Below, piece by piece: positions 49,207-55,733 of a DNA stretch of 55,733 nucleotides (position 1 is its first letter; every line of letters begins with the position of its first letter). This DNA is from Nitrospirota bacterium. GTDB lineage: Bacteria > Nitrospirota > Thermodesulfovibrionia > Thermodesulfovibrionales > JdFR-85. The stretch is taken from contig WFMM01000053.1 of NCBI GenBank assembly GCA_015484595.1, positions 1 through 55,733 on the forward strand, read 5' to 3'. The position numbers and the translations under genes are program-made. The notes below the pieces were generated by a model, which was not told the origin of the DNA, did not search any database, and worked only from the letters and a program-made list of their open reading frames with translations.

Positions 49207-51139
49207 CTCTATACAATACTGTCCTGTTTCTTCCTGAGTTTTTTGCTTTGTATAGGGCCTGGTCGGCTTTTTCGATGAGGGCCTCCCTTGTGGTGGCATC
49301 GTCAGGGTAGGAGGCAATGCCGAGGCTCAGGGTGACCGTTATCTCGGTGTCTTCGGTTTTTATAACTGTCTTTTGAACCGTCTTTCTAAGACGCTCGGCG
49401 ATCTTTTCTGCATTCCTTGCCCTTGATTTAAGGGTGATTATGGCAAACTCCTCTCCACCGTAACGGGCTGGAAAGTCTATCTCACGAACCGTCCTTTTTA
49501 TAATCTCTGCCAGTTTCTTAAGTACCGCATCACCTGCTGGATGCCCATAGGTGTCGTTTACCCTTTTGAAGTGGTCTATGTCAAGAAGGATAAGGGAAAG
49601 GGGCTCGCCGTATCGCTCAGCCCTTTTAAGCTCCTCGTCAAGCCTTTCCTGAAACCTTCTGTGGTTGTAAAGACCCGTCAATCCATCGGTAAAGGCCAGT
49701 TGCTTTATCTCTTCGTGTAGCAGTGCCTTTGATAGACTCTCAGAGGCCTGATTGAGATAAACCCTGAACAGTGAGATATGGGATTGATTGAAGGCTTCCT
49801 TTTTTTCAGAGACAGCCATGGCAATGCCCTGAAGCCTTTCATTGACAAAAAGAGGCATCGCAATGAGGCTTTCAAAAGGGGGAAAACCCTCGGGAAGGGG
49901 ATTTTTTTTGTCAAATCTGCTCAGTTCATTAATGGAAATGCTTTCTTCCCTGTAAGTATGAATCCTGTCAAGAAGGGTTCCCCTCAGTTTTTTAATGCTT
50001 ACCTTTTCTGTCCTCAGGGGAAGCTTATCTGATGTATAGACCTGATAGCTTGCAGCCCTTCGCCATAAAACAATCCCGCCTGCACCTGAGAGTTTCTGAA
50101 TAGAGCTGGTTATGGTTTTTATCATCTCTTCAACATCCAGTATTCTGGTAAGAATAGAGCTTTCGTTGTGCAGTATCTTAAGGGAACTTCCAGCAAAATT
50201 AAGCACTGAAAGCAACCTGTGACGGTGAAAGGTCTGTGCTACAATGGAGGCAATGCCCCTTAACACCTCGAGGTCCTTTTCGTTAAATGCCCTGTAACGA
50301 AGGCTCTCAGCGCATATCACACCAAGTGCCACCTCCTGGTCAACCACTGAGGAGACCGCAATTGACCTTACAGGTGCATCCGTGACATAACCACTGTCAA
50401 GGATTTCACCATCCTCAGAAAATACCACCCTGGCATCCCTTTCCTTAAGCACGGTCTGTATTAACCCACCATCTTCCACGGATGGAGCCTTTTCAGAGGT
50501 TGAAAGATAACACCTAAACCCTGTGTCCCTTTGTAGAAAGAGGTGGACATCCTCTGCAATCAAGGCCTTCTGGGCAATGTTAAGCAGCTCCATTATCTCG
50601 CTTTTTAGCTTTTCCTCTTTTACAATGTGTGAAGACAGGGCAAGGTCTTCGTTTATCTCCTTTGCCTCGTTGGCTATAATCTGGGCCTCCCTTTTCAGGG
50701 TTTGAAGTTTTTCTGAATAGTTATGGATGGTTCTTTTGTTTTTATAGGCTGTGATAAAGAGGGTCAAAGAGGGCAGGTATATAAAAAGAAGGAGCCAGAG
50801 GGATGACTTCTCAGGGGATGTAAGCAGCTCAGGGATGTGTAAAACAGGCTGAACAAGCATAAGAAGCACAAAGGACCGCCTTTGAACAAAGACCGATGCA
50901 GTAAGGGCTAACGGGATGTGAGCATGGTGAATAAGCCCTGTGTGTCTTAGCTGAAACAGGCTCTCTAAAATAAACTGTACAGTAAAAACAGAAAGTCCCG
51001 AAAGGTATGGTTTCTTTTTTTGGTTAAAAAAAGCTATGTATATCAGGTAGCCACATAGCAGGGTCAGGATGGTCAGGTTGTAAAGCGGTTTCCTTTCAGC
51101 GGTTTTAAGGTATAAAAGGATGCCCACAAGGGCTATCAA
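49184..51139 (-). CDS. Membrane-bound GAF-GAF diguanylate cyclase
   Basis: N-terminal TMs, two GAF-like regions, TDGLTGLYN, DIDHFKRVNDTYGH..GD, I-site REID, RYGGEEF. Confidence 0.93.
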   Translation of the reverse strand: MIALVGILLYLKTAERKPLYNLTILTLLCGYLIYIAFFNQKKKPYLSGLSVFTVQFILESLFQLRHTGLIHHAHIPLALTASVFVQRRSFVLLMLVQPVLHIPELLTSPEKSSLWLLLFIYLPSLTLFITAYKNKRTIHNYSEKLQTLKREAQIIANEAKEINEDLALSSHIVKEEKLKSEIMELLNIAQKALIAEDVHLFLQRDTGFRCYLSTSEKAPSVEDGGLIQTVLKERDARVVFSEDGEILDSGYVTDAPVRSIAVSSVVDQEVALGVICAESLRYRAFNEKDLEVLRGIASIVAQTFHRHRLLSVLNFAGSSLKILHNESSILTRILDVEEMIKTITSSIQKLSGAGGIVLWRRAASYQVYTSDKLPLRTEKVSIKKLRGTLLDRIHTYREESISINELSRFDKKNPLPEGFPPFESLIAMPLFVNERLQGIAMAVSEKKEAFNQSHISLFRVYLNQASESLSKALLHEEIKQLAFTDGLTGLYNHRRFQERLDEELKRAERYGEPLSLILLDIDHFKRVNDTYGHPAGDAVLKKLAEIIKRTVREIDFPARYGGEEFAIITLKSRARNAEKIAERLRKTVQKTVIKTEDTEITVTLSLGIASYPDDATTREALIEKADQALYKAKNSGRNRTVLYREILNSKL

Positions 51140-51162
51140 GAAATAGGGAAGGGTGGTGTCTA

Positions 51163-51444
51163 TTAGCTCTCTCTTCCTCGCCTCTTTTCCTCCTCTTTAA
51201 AGAACCTTTTGTAAAGGACATCCCACTCTGGCGTGCCTTCTGCAGGTCTTTTTGACATGGAGTTAATCTTTCTTCTTACTGCCTCGTCGATCTCCTCTCC
51301 CAGCTTAAGCTCATCCATGATGCTCCTTCTTATCTGACGCCGAATCTTACCTTCCTCTTCTAACACTGCTATAAGGTCTCTCTTTTTAAGCTCCCTGAGG
51401 AGGATGTGGCTCATGTGGGTTATCTTTTCGTCTGAAAGCATCAT
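51163..51444 (-). CDS. DUF507 family protein
   Basis: LSDEKI.H.SH, E.IDE.VR.KI.S......EGT.EWD.LY pattern. Confidence 0.75.
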   Translation of the reverse strand: MMLSDEKITHMSHILLRELKKRDLIAVLEEEGKIRRQIRRSIMDELKLGEEIDEAVRRKINSMSKRPAEGTPEWDVLYKRFFKEEEKRRGRES

Positions 51445-51722
51445 AGTATGAGGTTTCTCTCCCTGACAAGTTTCTGTTTTGTAAGGTCAAAGAGTCTTTT
51501 GTAATCAAGCCGTTTATTTTCAATCTCCTCTTCAAACTGCTTCAGTATCTCTCTGACCTCCTCATTGAGCCTGTCTTCCACCATAAGCTCATCAAGCAGT
51601 ATGTCGTGGGTCTGGTTGATGAGTTCTTCCCTGTCCACCTTCGGCTCAATGTACTTTTTCCTCAGGAGGTCTTCCACTATCCTCCTTGCCATAGGTTGAA
51701 CCCATGAACGGGGAATGCGCAT
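51441..51722 (-). CDS. DUF507 family protein
   Basis: MRI...., EDRLNEEVREIL, DY..LF...K.KL..ER..IL pattern. Confidence 0.8.
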   Translation of the reverse strand: MRIPRSWVQPMARRIVEDLLRKKYIEPKVDREELINQTHDILLDELMVEDRLNEEVREILKQFEEEIENKRLDYKRLFDLTKQKLVRERNLIL

Positions 51723-51723
51723 C

Positions 51724-51945
51724 TTATCTTTCCATAAATGGCAGAAGGGCTATGTTTCTTGCCCTCTTTATGGCGGTTGTCAGCTCTCTCTGGTGTTTTG
51801 CACAGGTGCCTGTCATCCTTCTTGGAAGTATCTTACCCCTTTCGGTCATGTAATTCCGCAGGGTCTTGTAATCCTTATAGTCTATAAAGGGCACCTTGTC
51901 AGCACAAAACCTGCAGAACTTTCTGCTGTGATACCTTCTTACCAT
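51724..51945 (-). CDS. rpsR: 30S ribosomal protein S18 (Zn-binding form)
   Basis: [25 protein letters not shown]...AIKRAR..ALLP. Confidence 0.98.
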   Translation of the reverse strand: MVRRYHSRKFCRFCADKVPFIDYKDYKTLRNYMTERGKILPRRMTGTCAKHQRELTTAIKRARNIALLPFMER

Positions 51946-51962
51946 ACCTGCTCCTTTCTATA

Positions 51963-52265
51963 TTGAGCCTGTTTAACAGGCTCGAAGTTATTGATTTTTA
52001 ATCAAGATTACTTTCTTCAAAAATATTTAACCTCTACTTTGAGGGGCTCTGCCCCTCAAACTCCCCACTAATGAAAAATTTAATTCCTTATTTTGGGGTT
52101 TCAAAGGGGCCATGCCCCTTTGAGGGGCTCCGCCCCTCAAACTCCCCATTAATGAAAAATTTAATTCCTTATTTTGGGGTTTCAAAGGGGCCATGCCCCT
52201 TTGCCTAAATATCAAGGATCTATTATTTTCGGGGCTCTGGGGGCAAAGCACCCAGCGTAACCCCT
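51963..52265. repeat. REP-like element family 2, copy between ssb and rpsR, with an 81-bp tandem duplication
   Basis: Hairpin TTGAGCCTGTT-TAACAGGCTCGA. Units 52041-52121 and 52122-52202 differ at 2 positions; each has GAGGGGC..GCCCCTC and AAAGGGGC-CAT-GCCCCTTT hairpins. Confidence 0.9.
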
Positions 52266-52288
52266 TATTTTCTTTATCAGCCTCATAA

Positions 52289-52681
52289 TCAAAATGGTTC
52301 CAGTTCTGTTGATTCCTCTGGTGGGACGATGTCATCGTCAATGCCAGAGGTTGTGGGGCTTTCGCGCCTTGGGAGAAACCTTACGGTGTTTGCTATAACC
52401 TCAAACTTGCTTTTTTGCTGACCTTCGTACTCCCATCTTCGCTCCCTGAGTCTGCCTTCAACCAGTACGGGGCTTCCCTTTGAGAGGTACTGGGTGGAGC
52501 TTTCAGCCTGTTTCCCAAAGACCACCGTATCTATAAAAAGGGTCTCGTCCTTGAATTCATCGCCCTGTTTAACCCTTGAGTTAACGGCTATCCTCATGGT
52601 TGCAACGGCAGTGCCTGATGGTGCATAGCGGAGTTCGGGGTCTCGGGTCAGGTTTCCTATTAGGATGATCCTGTTAAACAT
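52289..52681 (-). CDS. ssb: Single-stranded DNA-binding protein
   Basis: NR.ILIGNLTRDPELR, YL.KG..V.VEGRL, acidic tail ending LEPF. Confidence 0.97.
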   Translation of the reverse strand: MFNRIILIGNLTRDPELRYAPSGTAVATMRIAVNSRVKQGDEFKDETLFIDTVVFGKQAESSTQYLSKGSPVLVEGRLRERRWEYEGQQKSKFEVIANTVRFLPRRESPTTSGIDDDIVPPEESTELEPF

Positions 52682-53044
52682 CTAAGCCTCTTGCGGTGCT
52701 TCTTCGGTTAAGGTTTCCTCAGGCTGCCTGAGCTCGTCAAGCAGTGCCTTTTGCTGTTTTTTCCCTAACTTGACGAACATAAACTTAAAGACAGGCTCGT
52801 AGACCCTGTAGAAACGCTCCAGCTTTGCAATTGCATCAGAGGGTGCCTTGAAGGTGTAAAGGATGTAGTAGCCCTGGGTTCTTTTATTAAGCTCGTAGGC
52901 AAGCTTTCTTCTGCCCCAGTTGTCTTCTTTCAGGATGGTTCCACCGTATTTTTCGATGGTTTCTTTGCACTTGTTCGAGACCTCTGTGACTTCTTCATCA
53001 CCAAGTGAGGGCTCAACGATTACGATGTTTTCGTAGTAATTCAT
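52682..53044 (-). CDS. rpsF: 30S ribosomal protein S6
   Basis: MNYYE..VI..P, WG.RKLAY.....G.Y; ATG 53044 after SD AAGGAGGT. Confidence 0.96.
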   Translation of the reverse strand: MNYYENIVIVEPSLGDEEVTEVSNKCKETIEKYGGTILKEDNWGRRKLAYELNKRTQGYYILYTFKAPSDAIAKLERFYRVYEPVFKFMFVKLGKKQQKALLDELRQPEETLTEEAPQEA

Positions 53045-53054
53045 AACTCTTTCT

Positions 53055-53106
53055 GACCTCCTTCTGGATATATAGCCCTCCCTCAAAGAAGAAGGGCAAG
53101 GAGACG
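53055..53106 (-). promoter_or_regulatory. S6:S18 ribosomal-protein leader (rpsF leader RNA)
   Basis: Minus strand CTCCTT-GCCCTTC...GAGGGC-TATATAT-CCA-GAAGGAGG: anti-SD stem, upper stem, CC motif in the internal loop next to the SD. Confidence 0.7.
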
Positions 53107-53370
53107 ATGCCTGCTCCTTAAATGAACTATTAAGGATAACCAATCGTGGATTTATAAGTCAATAGGGTTTCAGGGTATTCACAAGGAGATGGTAGATCTG
53201 AGCAGTGTCAAAAGTGTTTCAAGCTGTATTTTAGTAATTGCTGAATTAATGAGAATTTTTTAAAGGCGGATCTTGCATCATCCCTTTTCCCTCTGTTACA
53301 ATGGCACCAAGAGGAAGTAGTTAAAGGGCAAGTATTTTGGTGATACTAATTAAGGTATTGATTTTAGTAA

Positions 53371-53910
53371 ATGCACGAAGACAGGTTATTAGAAAAGTTT
53401 GAAAAGGAAGTGCTCATCTTTATGGATGATCTATATAGGATGGCGGCCCGGTTTGCCTCTCTGCCTGAGGAGGCTGAAGACCTGACGCAGGAGACCTTCC
53501 TCAGGGCATTTAATGCCTATTGCAAGGGAACTCGTATAAGAAACCCAAAGGCATATCTTTTCAGGACACTTAAAAACATCATCATCGATAGCATGAAAGG
53601 GAATCTAAACAAGGAACATGTTTCAATAGATGATGTATCGCAGGAAATCCCTGATCCAGGGGGATTCAATCCAGAAGATGCCCTTCTGATGAAGTCTGCA
53701 AAGGGTAGGCTACAGAGGGCACTGCAAGAGATGCCGCCTGAATACAGACTTGCCCTGCTACTTCGTGATTATGAAGGGCTCAGTTATGCTGAGATATCAG
53801 CTATTATGGAATGTCCTGTAGGGACTGTGAGGTCAAGGATAAACAGGGCAAGGAGCATGCTTAAGAAGGCGGTTTTTGAAAAAGAGCATAAAAAGGCCAG
53901 CGGTGCCTGA
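53371..53910 (+). CDS. ECF RNA polymerase sigma factor
   Basis: AEDLTQETFLRA, AYLFR..KN, GLSY.EI..IM.CP.GTVRSRI.RAR. Confidence 0.94.
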   Translation: MHEDRLLEKFEKEVLIFMDDLYRMAARFASLPEEAEDLTQETFLRAFNAYCKGTRIRNPKAYLFRTLKNIIIDSMKGNLNKEHVSIDDVSQEIPDPGGFNPEDALLMKSAKGRLQRALQEMPPEYRLALLLRDYEGLSYAEISAIMECPVGTVRSRINRARSMLKKAVFEKEHKKASGA

Positions 53911-53913
53911 GAA

Positions 53914-53941
53914 GGAACTTTATTAAGTTTTAAAGGTCATA
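53914..53941 (+). promoter_or_regulatory. Candidate ECF-type promoter in front of the anti-sigma gene
   Basis: GGAACTT-N15-GTCATA. Confidence 0.45.
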
Positions 53942-53962
53942 TATTGAAAGGGAGAGCGAGAA

Positions 53963-54706
53963 ATGAGGTTACCCTGTAGATGGGTCAATCACCTGATCGG
54001 TCAATATATTGATGGAGAACTGAGTCCTGTAAAAACTGCAATAGTTAGAAAGCATCTCAAGACATGTAAGGTGTGCAATACTGAGATGCAAGAGATGCTT
54101 TCATTAAGGACCATTCTTAGGGATGTTCAGTCAGAGATCATCCCTCCTCAATACCTTAAGAAACAGATAATTTCAAGAATTGAGTCAGAAACAATCCCCT
54201 CTCAGAAAAGAAGATGGTTTTTTCAGCCTGAATTTTCATGGGGTATTGTTACACTTTTAGTTGTGATTTTTATGCTTTCAGTGCTTATAGCAACAAAGCC
54301 AGATGCAAGGGCATGCCGGGTGGTTCAGTCTTTGAGTCAAAGACCTGCAAGGGTCTTTAAGAAGCTTAGGCAGGCTGAACTTTCAACGATTCTGAAATTT
54401 ATGCCGGATAGCCCCGAGATAATAGTGCCTAACAGCCTTGCACTTTTTAACCTCTCTGAATATGGCCGTGGTGAGGTTATCATCGCGCAAATGACGGTCA
54501 ACATAGACGGTAAAGTAATGACTTATATGCATGGAAGCGATAGTATTTTAAAGCCAATGTTTCCATCAGGTGTCAGGCTGTATCCTGTTAATGTGGAGGG
54601 AAAGACATTTCTTATAGGAGACTTTAAGGGTTACAGACTTGTGTACTGGTACAGTGATAACAAACCCGTGGCAGTCCTTTTACATCACCGTTCATCCCAG
54701 ATATGA
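53963..54706 (+). CDS. Zinc-binding (zf-HC2) transmembrane anti-sigma factor
   Basis: C...YIDGEL...HLKTCKVC (HxxxCxxC) and one TM helix; directly after the ECF sigma gene. Confidence 0.88.
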   Translation: MRLPCRWVNHLIGQYIDGELSPVKTAIVRKHLKTCKVCNTEMQEMLSLRTILRDVQSEIIPPQYLKKQIISRIESETIPSQKRRWFFQPEFSWGIVTLLVVIFMLSVLIATKPDARACRVVQSLSQRPARVFKKLRQAELSTILKFMPDSPEIIVPNSLALFNLSEYGRGEVIIAQMTVNIDGKVMTYMHGSDSILKPMFPSGVRLYPVNVEGKTFLIGDFKGYRLVYWYSDNKPVAVLLHHRSSQI

Positions 54707-55733
54707 CGGAATACAATCTCAGAAAGAGGCTTTTCCTTGCTTTTTTTCTCATAATTATCATTCCTCTGCCGATATTCTTTATCGTTGGTATAAAAGGATT
54801 GATACCCTATATGGAAAAGATGGAGATGTATAGATTGATGAGGGATACCATTAACATTGCTGGGATGCTTCAGGCAAGAACAAAGGAGTTTAAATCAGAG
54901 GTATTGTTCCTTTCTGAATCACAGTATTTAAAGGAATTGATCAACAACAAGGGTGATAAAAACAGAACGAGATCAGCACTGGAGACCTTCTTTGTATCTT
55001 TCTCAAGACATAAACCTATCTATTATCAGATCAGGTATATTAATGAGAAGGGTATGGAAGTAGTGAGGGTCAATGATGGCAGGCCTGTTCCTGTTGAAAG
55101 ATTGCAGGATAAAAGTAAACGATATTATTTTATTGAAGCCATGAAACTCAAAAAGGGTGAGATATATGCATCCCCTATGGATCTCAACAGGGAATGGGGT
55201 AAGATAGAGATGCCCTTCAGACCTGTTATAAGGTATGCAACCCCTGTTTTTGATGAAAGAGGCAACAAAAGGGGAATTGTTATCACAAATGTAGATGCCA
55301 GGCAGTTTCTGAATGAGTTGCAAAAAAACGCAATAGACGAGTCAATAAGGCCAATGCTTATTGATAGTAAGGGCTATTACCTTTCTCATCCTGACAGGAG
55401 CAAGGAATGGGGTGGACCCCGTGATCTTAACACGGGTGAGAATATAAAAAAGGATTATCCGGATTATGTGGTGAAGAGACTTCAGTCGAAACGTGCGGAT
55501 GTGTTCCTTGACAGCAAGACAAAAAAGGTCTTTGCCTTTGCACCTATATATCCTGGCACCGATGAAAGGAATGCATGGTGTTTTGTCCAGGAGGTCTCTC
55601 TGGATTATGGTGGTTTTAAGACCGTTATGTATCTTAAAAGACTTATTATAATCCTCACGACTATATCCATCATTGCTGGCACCTATCTCAGTTATTTACT
55701 TGCAGGATGGCTTTCAAGGATTACCTGTAGAGA
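54703..55733 (+). CDS. Cache-domain membrane sensor protein, 3'-truncated by the window edge (not in the ORF track)
   Basis: ATG 54703 overlaps the previous TGA. Reads MTEYNLRKRLFLAFFLIIIIPLPIFFIVG..., YQIRYINEKGMEVVRV, QDKSKRYYF, SPMDLNRE, PVIRYATPVFD, GYYLSHPD, then a second TM near the end. Confidence 0.85.
   Translation, partial: MTEYNLRKRLFLAFFLIIIIPLPIFFIVGIKGLIPYMEKMEMYRLMRDTINIAGMLQARTKEFKSEVLFLSESQYLKELINNKGDKNRTRSALETFFVSFSRHKPIYYQIRYINEKGMEVVRVNDGRPVPVERLQDKSKRYYFIEAMKLKKGEIYASPMDLNREWGKIEMPFRPVIRYATPVFDERGNKRGIVITNVDARQFLNELQKNAIDESIRPMLIDSKGYYLSHPDRSKEWGGPRDLNTGENIKKDYPDYVVKRLQSKRADVFLDSKTKKVFAFAPIYPGTDERNAWCFVQEVSLDYGGFKTVMYLKRLIIILTTISIIAGTYLSYLLAGWLSRITCR

Noticed and set aside
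52027-52341. 104-aa ORF with a 27-aa repeat
   Set aside because: Translation of the 81-bp palindromic duplication; it overlaps ssb out of frame.

Overview
Chromosomal window (about 55.7 kb) from a probably thermophilic, anaerobic Gram-negative bacterium. Gene content resembles Nitrospirota/Thermodesulfovibrionia; this is inference only. It is mostly housekeeping: lapB-rlmH-rsfS-nadD, cobTS, tRNA-Leu(TAG), hypFD, larB, yceD-rpmF-plsX-fabH, acyP, bioB, RNase Z, ychF, tsaB, mnmA, a complete rnfCDGEAB operon, panC, ispG, mltG, CIRCE-groES-groEL, a c-di-GMP signalling cluster, rpsF-ssb-rpsR and an ECF sigma/anti-sigma pair. No CRISPR array, transposase or integrase is visible. The most unusual signals are: (1) a family of modular, palindromic intergenic elements built from 7-, 8- and 9-bp tandem-repeat blocks around an invariant CTATGCACTCAA core. 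There are five copies within 11.5 kb, all co-oriented with the downstream gene. Two share 123 bp of perfect identity in inverted orientation, and two flank acyP like a cassette. (2) A compact RNA end-processing cluster: DHH/CBS tRNA nucleotidyltransferase, archaeal-type Rnl3 RNA ligase and protein-only RNase P (HARP). (3) A lexA / stand-alone DUF6504-like / dinB mutagenesis cassette with a candidate novel LexA operator, interrupted by a vapBC insert. (4) An rsfS gene with no ATG/GTG/TTG start. (5) A possible structured ncRNA ahead of tRNA-Leu. (6) A second REP-like element family inside the groESL and rpsF-ssb-rpsR operons. All calls come from reading motifs by eye; no database search was run.
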